Of a DNA stretch of 64,000 bases, positions 19,891 through 28,709 are shown in pieces. The position numbers were made by a program, and so were the translations under genes. Position 1 is the first letter of the stretch, and each line of letters starts with the position of its first letter. The notes beneath the pieces were generated by a model. That model did not search any database and had not been told where the DNA came from. It saw only the letters and a list, made by a program, of their open reading frames with translations. This DNA comes from an uncultured Rhodospirillaceae bacterium (GTDB lineage: Bacteria > Pseudomonadota > Alphaproteobacteria > UBA2966): positions 153,133 through 217,132 of the forward strand of contig CAYFKJ010000006.1 of the NCBI GenBank assembly GCA_964343605.1, read 5' to 3'.

Positions 19891-21188
19891 CCGATCGGCA
19901 GACCCAAGCCGATGCCGGCCACCACGGCGCCGGCGCCGCCAGCCACTTTCTATTGGCATTGTGCCTGCTTGCCGTCGCCGCTTTTGGCGCCTGGAGCCAT
20001 TTCGGCAAGCTGGATGTCGTCAGCGACGCCATCGGCGAGGTCGTGCCGTCCTCCCAGGTGAAGTCGATCCAGCATTTGGAGGGCGGGATCGTAAGGGAAA
20101 TCCTGGTCCGCGAAGGGGACGGGGTGAAGTCGGGGCAGCCCCTGGTCGTGCTGGAACAAACGGCATCGGACGCCGATGTCCAGGAACTCGTCGTGCGCAT
20201 GCGGGCGCTGCGCGTCGACGTCGCCCGCCTGGAAGCCGAACTGTCGGGAGCCAAAAGCATCAACTTCCGCAAGGATTTCGCGGCGGCCCACAAGGCTTTG
20301 GTCGCGGAGGCGCGCAAAAGGTTCAACACGCGCATGAGCCGCATCGACACCGAAATCGCGGCCCAGCGACAGCTGATCACCCAGCGACGCGAGGAAGCCC
20401 GGGAAATCCGCGCCCGCATCGACAAGCGGCGAAAAAGCCTCGTCTTGCTGAAGGAACAGATCGCCATCAGCGAGGAGTTGATGAAGGAGGATCTGACCAA
20501 TCGAATGCTGCACCTCAACCTTTTGAAGGAGGAAACCTCGCTGGTCGGCGGCGTGGCGGAGGACGAGGCGGCATTGAAACGGGTTGAGGCAGGGGTGACG
20601 GAAGCGCGTGCCCAGACCTCCGCCCTGCGGCATCAGTTCAACGAAACCGTTCGCCAGGAATTGGACACCAAGCGCCGCTCGCTCGACGAATTCACCGAAC
20701 GCATGTCCAAGCTCAGGGACAATCTTGCGCGGACTACTTTACGCTCACCCGTGGATGGCGTGGTCAAATCTCTCCACATCGCGACCGTGGGCGGCGTGGT
20801 GCGGCCGGGCGGCGACGTTATCGACGTCGTTCCCGCCGGGGACCGCCTGGTGATCGAGGCCAAGCTGCCGGCCCAGGATGTCGGATACGTCGCACCCGGC
20901 TAGTTGGCCAAGGTGGCGCTGGCCTCTGCCGATGCCGTTCGCTTTGGGCGGATCGAGGGACGAGTTGCACACATCAGTCCCGACACGCTGACGACTGAAG
21001 ACAATGTCCCCTACTACAAGGTCAGGGTGGAAACGGCGGTGGATTACTTCGAACGCCGCGGCGCGCGTTACTCCCTGGTGCCGGGGGTACAAGTAATCTG
21101 CAGCATCCAGACCGGCCGGCGCTCGGTGCTGGAATACCTGCTGGACCCCTTCCTCGGAGCCTTTCAGGCCGCTATGCAGGAGCGTTGA
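19887..21188 (+). pseudogene. HlyD-family type I secretion membrane fusion protein interrupted by an in-frame TAG at 20901-20903
   Basis: ORF 19887-20903 (338 aa) ends ...DVGYVAPG-stop. The same frame continues at 20904 with LAKVALASADAVRFGRIEGRVAHISPD (94 aa), which is the contiguous conserved HlyD C-terminal beta-barrel. TAG sits where HlyD homologues have Gln (CAG). Confidence 0.8.
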
Positions 21189-21201
21189 AGGGCCGGACCG
21201 A

Positions 21202-21621
21202 TCAAGCCATGTCCGCGCGGAAACGCTCTGTTTGAGAGGCCCGTTCCGCGGGCGGCGTTTCCAGCCACAACTCGATGCGGTTCAGGATGTCCTCCAGCGA
21301 CGCCTGCTTGGTCAGGTAGTCCGCCCCGCCGGCCGCGAAGGCCTGATTGATGGTTTCCCTGTCGTCAAGCGCCGAGACGAACAGGATTGGGATGTCTTCG
21401 CCGAAGCGTTCGCGAATCATGCCGCAACCTTTGATGCCGTCTATTTCCGGCATCATGATATCGGTCAGGATGATGTCGGGTAGGTTTTCCTCAAGAACGC
21501 CGAGCGCCTCCTCAACCCCCGAGGCGGCGCTGACGATATACCCCTTGGCTGTCATCATATCGCCATAGAGCCGGCTCAACATGTTCTCGTCTTCGATCAA
21601 AAGAATGGTTTGGCCACTCAT
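21202..21621 (-). CDS. single-domain response regulator (CheY-like receiver)
   Basis: ILLIEDENMLSRLY...ILTDIMMPEIDGIK...ILFVSALD... with conserved Asp and Lys positions and no output domain. Confidence 0.85.
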   Translation of the reverse strand: MSGQTILLIEDENMLSRLYGDMMTAKGYIVSAASGVEEALGVLEENLPDIILTDIMMPEIDGIKGCGMIRERFGEDIPILFVSALDDRETINQAFAAGGADYLTKQASLEDILNRIELWLETPPAERASQTERFRADMA

Positions 21622-21698
21622 AATTGCACCTAAGAATTACCCCCAAAAAGTGCGGTGAATGATGACCGCCCGCATTCCCTAGCCAAACGGGCAGGCGG

Positions 21699-22739
21699 TT
21701 ATTCATTCTTCTCCGCCACGCCGGCCTCCGCAAAGGTCGACATGCCGATGTGGGCGGCCAGGGCCGACCTGACGATTCCCAGCGCCACCGCCGCGCCCGA
21801 CGCTTCGCCCAACCGCATGTCGAGATCAAGCAGCGGAGCCTTGTTCAAGGCCGCCAGCAGCCGTTTGTGCCCCGGCTCCTGCGAAACGTGTCCGACTAAT
21901 GTGTGCTCTAGACCGCCTTCGATCAATCTAAAAATGGGTGCCACGGCGGCGGTGGCGACGTAGCCGTCGATGATAACCGGGATGCGCCGGATCCGGGCGC
22001 CCAACACGGCGCCGGCCATGGCCGCGAGTTCCCGGCCGCCGACGCGGCGCAGAACCTCGAGCGGATCGGACAGGGATTCGCCATGGCGTTCCATGGCGCG
22101 GTCGACGACATCGGCCTTAAGTTGCAACCCGGCGTCGTCGACGCCCGTGCCGCGGCCGACCCAATCGGCGCCCCTGCCGCCGAACAGGGCGCAGGCCACG
22201 GCCGCCGCCGCCGTGGTGTTGCCGATGCCCATTTCGCCGATGCACAGGATGTCGGTCTCGACGGACAGGGCCGATATGCCCGCCGCCATGGCCGCCGTTA
22301 CCTCGGCCTCCGTCATCGCGGGGCCTTCGGTGAAGTCGGCGGTCGGCCGGTCGAGATCCAGGGGTACGACGTCGAGCCGGGCGCCGTTGGCCTCGCTGAG
22401 TTGATTGATGGCGGCGCCGCCATGGCTGAAATTGGCGACCATCTGGACCGTGACTTCGGCCGGAAAAGCCGATACGCCCTGGGCGGTAACGCCGTGATTG
22501 CCGGCAAAAACGCAGACCTGGGCATGATCGGCGCTGGGCGGGTGCTTGCCCTGCCAGGTGGCCATCCAGACGGCGATATCCTCCAACCGGCCCAAGGCGC
22601 CAGCCGGCTTGGTCAATTGGGCATCGCGTTCACGGGTGCGCTCGGCGGCCTCTGCGTCAGGACCCGGCGCCTCCTTCGCCAGGGCACGGATGTCGTTCAG
22701 TCCGGAAATTTGTTCGGCCAAGGTCATGGGATCGAGCAT
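21699..22739 (-). CDS. cobT: nicotinate-nucleotide--dimethylbenzimidazole phosphoribosyltransferase
   Basis: 346 aa with CobT motifs (CIGEMGIGNTTAAAAV, IIDGYVATAAV). Confidence 0.9.
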   Translation of the reverse strand: MLDPMTLAEQISGLNDIRALAKEAPGPDAEAAERTRERDAQLTKPAGALGRLEDIAVWMATWQGKHPPSADHAQVCVFAGNHGVTAQGVSAFPAEVTVQMVANFSHGGAAINQLSEANGARLDVVPLDLDRPTADFTEGPAMTEAEVTAAMAAGISALSVETDILCIGEMGIGNTTAAAAVACALFGGRGADWVGRGTGVDDAGLQLKADVVDRAMERHGESLSDPLEVLRRVGGRELAAMAGAVLGARIRRIPVIIDGYVATAAVAPIFRLIEGGLEHTLVGHVSQEPGHKRLLAALNKAPLLDLDMRLGEASGAAVALGIVRSALAAHIGMSTFAEAGVAEKNE

Positions 22740-22833
22740 GGGGGGTCCTTCGAATAATTGAAATTTTTCAACGAATGAAAGTCTATGTGCAGGCCGACAA
22801 CTGTCCTATAACCGATGCCTCAAGGCCAGCATT

Positions 22834-23676
22834 TTGTCGTGCCGGAGGCCGATTGACGGGCGAAAAGTGACGGAAAACGAACGCGACGGAAACGACGGAT
22901 CGGGGGAACGCCTAAACGGCAATCTGGTCGCCGACATCAAACAGTCGGCGGCGTTCTTGACGCGCCTCCCGGTAACGGTCCCACCCGGCACGCCCAGCCA
23001 TGCCCTGGCCACCGCCATGCGGGTTTTTCCCGTCGTCGGCGCCGGCATCGGCTTAGCCGGTGGGCTGGTATTCGCGTTCGCCGCTTGGTTGGGCATGTCT
23101 GGGTGGCTCTGTGCGACATTCGCCCTCGCGGCCCTGATTTTGATTACGGGGGCTCTCCACGAAGATGCCCTGGCGGACGTTGCCGATGGTTTCGGCGGCG
23201 GCCGGAATCGCGATGCCAAGCTGGAAATTATGCGGGATTCACGGGTCGGTACCTACGGTGTTCTAGCCTTGGTGATCGCGGTGCTGGCTCGCGTTGCTGC
23301 CCTTGCCGCTCTGGAGAACCCCGGCCAAGTCATTGCCCTGCTCGTGGCGGCGGGGGCTGCCTCACGGGGCGTCATGCCCATCGTCATGCACGTTCTCGAA
23401 CCCGCCCGCACGGACGGCCTGGGCGCCGGCGCGGGTAGGCCGGATCGCAGTACGGTCTATTGGGCGGCGGCCATTGTTCTTGGAATTGCCGTGGTGACTC
23501 TCGGTATCGCCGCCGCGGTGGTGTGTTTGGCGGCCGCAGCCGCAGTGGCCTGGGGCATGGCGCGGCTGGCGCAGACCCAGGTGGGCGGCTATACCGGCGA
23601 TGTCGTCGGCGCCTGCGGGATGCTGGCGGAAATCGGCTTTCTGGCGGCTGCAACCGTTGTCCTTCAGGCCACGTAA
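22834..23676 (+). CDS. cobS: adenosylcobinamide-GDP ribazoletransferase (cobalamin synthase)
   Basis: Membrane protein with FLTRLPV, ALHEDALADVADGFGG and GYTGDVVGA motifs. Start codon uncertain (ATG at 22834 gives a slightly long N-terminus). Confidence 0.85.
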   Translation: MSCRRPIDGRKVTENERDGNDGSGERLNGNLVADIKQSAAFLTRLPVTVPPGTPSHALATAMRVFPVVGAGIGLAGGLVFAFAAWLGMSGWLCATFALAALILITGALHEDALADVADGFGGGRNRDAKLEIMRDSRVGTYGVLALVIAVLARVAALAALENPGQVIALLVAAGAASRGVMPIVMHVLEPARTDGLGAGAGRPDRSTVYWAAAIVLGIAVVTLGIAAAVVCLAAAAAVAWGMARLAQTQVGGYTGDVVGACGMLAEIGFLAAATVVLQAT

Positions 23677-23786
23677 ACTGAGGATTTTAGCGCTTCCGGG
23701 CACTTGTCGGCGCCAAAGCGAAAGCTTATAATTCCAGACGTCCGGGCGACGGGCGGTGTAAGCGTGATCAGGGAGTATTTCAAATC

Positions 23787-23999
23787 ATGACCCAACAAGA
23801 TAAGCAGGCCAAAGCAGTGGCGCAGGCCCAAATGACTGATCAGGTCGTTTCCGGTGTTCGCACGGCAGCTCTCGCCCCGGCGCTTCTGGCGGCTCTCCTT
23901 GGCACCTTTATTATTTTCGGCGTTGGCTTTGCCAACTCCGCGGCGGTGCACGACGCGGCGCACGACACGCGGCACGCGGCATCGTTCCCCTGCCACTAG
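23787..23999 (+). CDS. cbtB: cobalt transporter subunit CbtB
   Basis: 70-aa single-TM protein with a His-rich C-terminus (AAVHDAAHDTRHAAS), immediately upstream of cbtA. Confidence 0.75.
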   Translation: MTQQDKQAKAVAQAQMTDQVVSGVRTAALAPALLAALLGTFIIFGVGFANSAAVHDAAHDTRHAASFPCH

Positions 24000-24008
24000 G
24001 CTAACTCC

Positions 24009-24710
24009 ATGAAATTGTTGCGGCGCGTAATATTCAGCGCAGCGTTGGCCGGTGTCCTCGCCGGCCTTCTTCTGTATGCGGTTCAGTCGGTGTTCGTCGT
24101 ACCGCTGATCCTGGATGCGGAAAACTACGAAACAGCTGAACCGGCGCAACAAGCGCAACCAGCCGACGACGGTCATTCCCACAGCCACGAGCACGCGGGC
24201 GGGGATGATCATGCGTTGTTCGGACTTGAGCGCCGTTCGCTGCTGACCGCCGCGGCGGACGCGGTGACAGGCGTCGGTTTCGGTCTTCTCTTGGTCGCCG
24301 GATTCGCCCTGCGAGGCGGTGTCGACTGGCGGCGCGGACTGGCTTGGGGCGTGGCCGGCTTCATGGCCTTCACCTTGGCCCCTGCTATCGGCATGCCGCC
24401 CGAATTGCCGGGCGATTTTGCCGCCCCCCTGGCCGATCGTCAGTTCTGGTGGTTCTTTGCCGCCGTCGCGACGGCGGGCGGATTGGCCTTGGTCGCTTTC
24501 GCCGAATCCTGGCCCTGGCGGGCCGCCGGTCTGGTTCTGATCGCCCTGCCGCATATCGTCGGCGCCCCCAGTCCGGAGGAGCACGGCGGCCTCGCGCCGG
24601 ACGAATTGCGCCAGAGCTTCCGTATCGCCGCGCTTGCCACGATGGCCCTGTTTTGGGTGGTCCTGGGCGGGCTTGCCGGGTTCTTTTATCGCCGTTTCGA
24701 GAGCGCTTAA
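24009..24710 (+). CDS. cbtA: cobalt transporter subunit CbtA
   Basis: 233-aa multi-TM protein with a His-rich loop (DGHSHSHEHAGGDDH), typical of CbtA. Confidence 0.8.
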   Translation: MKLLRRVIFSAALAGVLAGLLLYAVQSVFVVPLILDAENYETAEPAQQAQPADDGHSHSHEHAGGDDHALFGLERRSLLTAAADAVTGVGFGLLLVAGFALRGGVDWRRGLAWGVAGFMAFTLAPAIGMPPELPGDFAAPLADRQFWWFFAAVATAGGLALVAFAESWPWRAAGLVLIALPHIVGAPSPEEHGGLAPDELRQSFRIAALATMALFWVVLGGLAGFFYRRFESA

Positions 24711-24719
24711 GCCCCCCGG

Positions 24720-26054
24720 CTAGTCCTGCCGGTCCACCAAATGGATGAAGGATCCGGCGACTGATCCTTTGACCAACCCCGCCCGTCCAAGCGCCGTGCC
24801 ACGGGCATCATGGGCTTCGAACAGGGGGGCGTTTTTCTCGAAGTCCTCGTGCACCACCGTGGCGTAGTGGAATTCGTGTCCCCGATAGCCGGTTGCGCAC
24901 GCTCCCAATGGTCCGTCCCCACAAAGCGACACGGCGCGGTAACCGAGATGTAATCGGCGCTCCGCGAACGATGTCTCCAGAGCGAGAAGACCGGCCATGC
25001 GGTGGCTGACGCCGTCCGCGTCGGTCAGCATCTCCCCCAACACCATGTAGCCGCCGCACTCACCGAAGACATTCGCACCTCTTTCGGCGGCGTTGGTCAA
25101 ACCGTCAATAAAGCCTTTGTTTGCGGACAATTTGCCGGCATGGAGCTCGGGGTAGCCGCCGGGAAGATACACAGCGTCGGCCCGTTCGTCGGGACACTCA
25201 TCGGCCAGCGGGGAGAAAAATCGGATGTCCGCGCCCTCGGCCCGCCAGCCGTCCAGCACACCGGGATAGGTGAAGGCGAAGGCGCCATCGCGTGCCACGG
25301 CGATGAAACCGCCCAGGGCCGGCAACGGCGCCGACGCATGCTCGGCGGTGTCCGCCATAGGCCGGGCGAGCGCCAACAGGGCGCCGGTATCGATGTTCGC
25401 CGCCGCGACATCGGCCGCCGCCTCCAGGCGGGCATCCAGATCGCCGTGCTCGCCGGCCTGCACCAGCCCCAAGTGCCGCTCCGGCAATTCCAGGCGTTCA
25501 TCGCGCGGAAGGTACCCCAAGACGGCGATATCCAGTCCCTCACACGCAGCCGCCAGCGTCAGGCGGTGGCCTTCGCCACCGACCCGGTTGAAGATGACGC
25601 CCGCCACCTCGACACCGGGACGGTGGTTGGCAAAGCCCTCGACGACGGCGGCAGCAGAAGCGGCTTGGCCCTTCACATCAATCACCAGCACCACCGGCAG
25701 GCCGGTCTCGGCTGCAATGTCGGCGGTCGAACCGCTGCCATCAGGGGCGCCGTCGAACAGTCCCATGACGCCTTCGCCGATCACATGAGCCGCGCCGGCA
25801 ACGGTGTCCGCGAGGACGTGATCCCGGGTCTCGCGACGCATGGCCCAGCCGTCGATATTGCGGCAGACCGTCGACCCCGCGGCGCTATGGAAGGCGGGAT
25901 CGATATAATCCGGTCCGACTTTGAAGGAATGAACCTCGATGCCTTCGCGACGGAAATGGCGCAAAAGGGCCAACGTCGTGACCGTCTTGCCGCTGCCCGA
26001 AGCGGGCGCGGCGATGATCAGTCCGGTGGGCGGTGGTGAGGTTGATTCCGACAT
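24720..26054 (-). CDS. cobB: cobyrinic acid a,c-diamide synthase
   Basis: Start MSESTSPPP. N-terminal CbiA ATPase (APASGSGKTVTTLAL) and a C-terminal glutamine amidotransferase (GECGGYMVLG). CbiA/CobB family. Confidence 0.9.
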   Translation of the reverse strand: MSESTSPPPTGLIIAAPASGSGKTVTTLALLRHFRREGIEVHSFKVGPDYIDPAFHSAAGSTVCRNIDGWAMRRETRDHVLADTVAGAAHVIGEGVMGLFDGAPDGSGSTADIAAETGLPVVLVIDVKGQAASAAAVVEGFANHRPGVEVAGVIFNRVGGEGHRLTLAAACEGLDIAVLGYLPRDERLELPERHLGLVQAGEHGDLDARLEAAADVAAANIDTGALLALARPMADTAEHASAPLPALGGFIAVARDGAFAFTYPGVLDGWRAEGADIRFFSPLADECPDERADAVYLPGGYPELHAGKLSANKGFIDGLTNAAERGANVFGECGGYMVLGEMLTDADGVSHRMAGLLALETSFAERRLHLGYRAVSLCGDGPLGACATGYRGHEFHYATVVHEDFEKNAPLFEAHDARGTALGRAGLVKGSVAGSFIHLVDRQD

Positions 26055-26133
26055 GCTCTTGTTATACGGCGTCGCACTGCCCGGGGATACGCTTTTGCCC
26101 AACCTGTGTCAGGAATGATCTAATATCGCCGCC

Positions 26134-27228
26134 ATGACGGAGACGCCCGACAAATCCCTGCGCCGCGGCTGGACCACGGGCGCCTGCGCCACGGCCGCCG
26201 CCAAAGCCGCCTATCAGGCTTTGTTGAGCGGGGCGTTTCCCGATCCCGTCACCATCACACTGCCGGGCGGCCAGCAACCGGCGTTCGCTCTGGCCCGTGA
26301 AGCTCTCGCGGCCAACTCGGCCAGTGCGGCCGTGATCAAGGATGCCGGCGACGATCCCGACGTCACCCACCTGGCGGAAATCGAAGCCTCGGTCAGGCTC
26401 GGCGATGCCGGCAGTGGTATCACGTTCAGGGCGGGCGAGGGTGTCGGTACGGTAACGCTGCCGGGTCTGCCGCTTGAGGTCGGCGAACCCGCCATCAACC
26501 CGGTGCCGCGCAGGATGATCGCGCAAGCCCTGGATGAGGTCGCGCACGACCACGGCGGCGTCGGCGATATCGAGGTGACGGTTTCGGTTGCGGGCGGTGA
26601 GGAACTTGCCGAACGAACCTGGAATCCGCGCCTCGGCATTCTGGGCGGAATTTCCATCCTGGGCACCACCGGCATCGTCGTGCCCTTTTCCTGTGCCGCC
26701 TGGATTCACTCCATCCATCGTGGCATTGACGTCGCGCGGGCGGTCGGCCATGGGCATGTGGCGGCGGCCACCGGGCGCACATCGGAAGCGGGACTGCGCA
26801 CCGTCCACGATCTGCCCGACACGGCGATGATCGACATGGGCGATTTCGCCGGCGGCATGTTGAAGTACCTGCGCGACCATCCGCTGCCGCGCCTCTCCAT
26901 CGGCGGCGGCTTCGCCAAGCTTTCCAAGCTGGCCGCCGGCGCTCTCGACCTCCACTCCTCACGCAGCCGGGTCGACACCGGCTGGCTGGCCGCCGCCGTG
27001 GCCGAACTCGGCGCCGCCGCGGAGGTGGTGGAGTTCATCCGCAACGCCAACACCGCAAAGGAAGCGCGGGACATTGCCTTGCGCCACGGTTTGGATCTTG
27101 CTGACGTGGTGGCCCGGCAGGCGCGGGAGACGGCGCTCGCCACCCTGAGCGGCGGCACAGAGGTCGAAATCATCGTCTTCGACCGGTCTGGCGCGATGAT
27201 CGGGCGCGCCGGGGGTTGGCCGTCATGA
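26134..27228 (+). CDS. cbiD: cobalt-precorrin-5B (C1)-methyltransferase
   Basis: LRRGWTTGACATAAAKAA and ILGTTGIVVPFSCAAWI signatures of CbiD. Confidence 0.9.
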   Translation: MTETPDKSLRRGWTTGACATAAAKAAYQALLSGAFPDPVTITLPGGQQPAFALAREALAANSASAAVIKDAGDDPDVTHLAEIEASVRLGDAGSGITFRAGEGVGTVTLPGLPLEVGEPAINPVPRRMIAQALDEVAHDHGGVGDIEVTVSVAGGEELAERTWNPRLGILGGISILGTTGIVVPFSCAAWIHSIHRGIDVARAVGHGHVAAATGRTSEAGLRTVHDLPDTAMIDMGDFAGGMLKYLRDHPLPRLSIGGGFAKLSKLAAGALDLHSSRSRVDTGWLAAAVAELGAAAEVVEFIRNANTAKEARDIALRHGLDLADVVARQARETALATLSGGTEVEIIVFDRSGAMIGRAGGWPS

Positions 27229-27971
27229 GGCTCCTGATCCTCGGCGGTACGGCGGAAGCGGCGTCCATCGCCGAACAAGCCGTGGCGCTGTCTGGTACGG
27301 AGGTCATCACCTCCCTGGCGGGCCGGACGCGCGCCCCCCGCAAGGTGCCGGGTGAACAGCGCATCGGCGGCTTCGGCGGGCCGGAAGCGATGGCCGACTA
27401 TCTACGCAATCAACGGATCGATGCTCTGGTCGACGCTACCCACCCTTTCGCCCTCAACATCTCCGCCAATGCGGCGGCGGCCTGCGATGCCGCCGGGGTG
27501 TCGCGTCTCATGCTGGTGCGGCCTCCCTGGAAACCGGGCCCGGACGACAATTGGATTTCCGTGGCGAACGCCGCCGGCGCTGCTTCGGAAATAAACGCGC
27601 GCGGTTACCGGCATGCTTTTCTCGCTACCGGCCGGCAGGAACTCCCGGCCTTTGCCGACATGCCCCACATCCGGCTGCTGGTGCGGCTCGTGGACCCGCC
27701 CGCGGCGGCGCTGCAACTGGCCGATTACGAGGTGGTGACGGGCCGCGGACCCTTCGTCGAGGCCGAGGAGCACGACATGCTCAGCCGCCACGGGATCGAC
27801 GTTATCGTCGCCAAGAATGCCGGCGGGATCGGCAGTTGGCCGAAGCTGGCGGCGGCCCGGCGGCTCGGTATCCCGGTGGTGATGATCGAGCGATCCGGGC
27901 GGCAAACGGGCGAGATCGTCGAGACCGTTGACGACGTGATGGCCTGGTTAGGAGCGTTTGTGGCGCAATAG
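27225..27971 (+). CDS. cobK: precorrin-6A / cobalt-precorrin-6A reductase
   Basis: MRLLILGGTAEA... matches the CobK/CbiJ family. ATGA overlap with the cbiD stop. Confidence 0.85.
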   Translation: MRLLILGGTAEAASIAEQAVALSGTEVITSLAGRTRAPRKVPGEQRIGGFGGPEAMADYLRNQRIDALVDATHPFALNISANAAAACDAAGVSRLMLVRPPWKPGPDDNWISVANAAGAASEINARGYRHAFLATGRQELPAFADMPHIRLLVRLVDPPAAALQLADYEVVTGRGPFVEAEEHDMLSRHGIDVIVAKNAGGIGSWPKLAAARRLGIPVVMIERSGRQTGEIVETVDDVMAWLGAFVAQ

Positions 27972-28709
27972 GTGTACGTGGTCGGGCGCGTAAAGCCGGC
28001 TTTCCTCGAAACTGTCCTCACCCAGAACTTGGCCGACCATCACCAGGGCAGTCCGGGTGATCTTGGCGGCCCGGCATTTCTCGCGGATGTCCGCCAGGGT
28101 GCCTGTGATAATCTGTTGGTCCGGCCAGCTCGCGCGGTAGATAACGGCCACCGGACAGTCGGCGCCGTAATGGGGGATCAGGTCGGCGGCCACCTGCTTC
28201 AGGTTCCGCACCGATAGATGCACGGCGAGCGTCGCGCGGGACCGGCCGAGTTCCGCCAGCTCCTCGCCTTCCGGCATGGCCGAGCTTTTCATGGCGGTGC
28301 GGGTCAGGATGACGGTTTGGCTGATACCCGGCAGGGTGAGTTCCCGGCCCAATGCCGCCGCGGCCGCCGCGAAGGCGGGAACGCCCGGCGTGATGGTGTA
28401 GGGAATATCCAGGCCGTCGAGCCTGCGCATCTGTTCGGCAATGGCGCCGTAGAGCGAAGGATCGCCCGAATGCACGCGGGCGACGTCGAGGCCTTTTTCG
28501 TGCGCGGCCACCATCTCCGCCAGGATTTCATCCAGGTTGAGCGGCGCCGTGTCGATCACCCGGGCGTCGGCGGCTGCCGCGGCGACGATCTCCGCGGGCA
28601 CCAGCGATCCGGCGTATAGCACCACGGGCGCCGATTCGATCAGACGCAAGCCGCGCACCGTGATGAGGTCGGGCGCGCCGGGGCCGGCGCCGATGAAGTG
28701 CACGGTCAC
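27948..28709 (-). CDS. cobM: precorrin-4 / cobalt-precorrin-4 C11-methyltransferase
   Basis: GTG start (MTVHFIGAGPGAPDLITVRG) overlapping the cbiGH stop (GTGA). Tetrapyrrole methylase fold. The listed longer ORF N-terminus is rejected. Confidence 0.85.
   Translation of the reverse strand: MTVHFIGAGPGAPDLITVRGLRLIESAPVVLYAGSLVPAEIVAAAAADARVIDTAPLNLDEILAEMVAAHEKGLDVARVHSGDPSLYGAIAEQMRRLDGLDIPYTITPGVPAFAAAAAALGRELTLPGISQTVILTRTAMKSSAMPEGEELAELGRSRATLAVHLSVRNLKQVAADLIPHYGADCPVAVIYRASWPDQQIITGTLADIREKCRAAKITRTALVMVGQVLGEDSFEESRLYAPDHVHLLRHKRS

Noticed and set aside
23677-23786. Possible cobalamin riboswitch upstream of cbtB
   Set aside because: Only 110 nt, with no GCCACTG B12 box or GGGAA-CCGGTGAA core on either strand.
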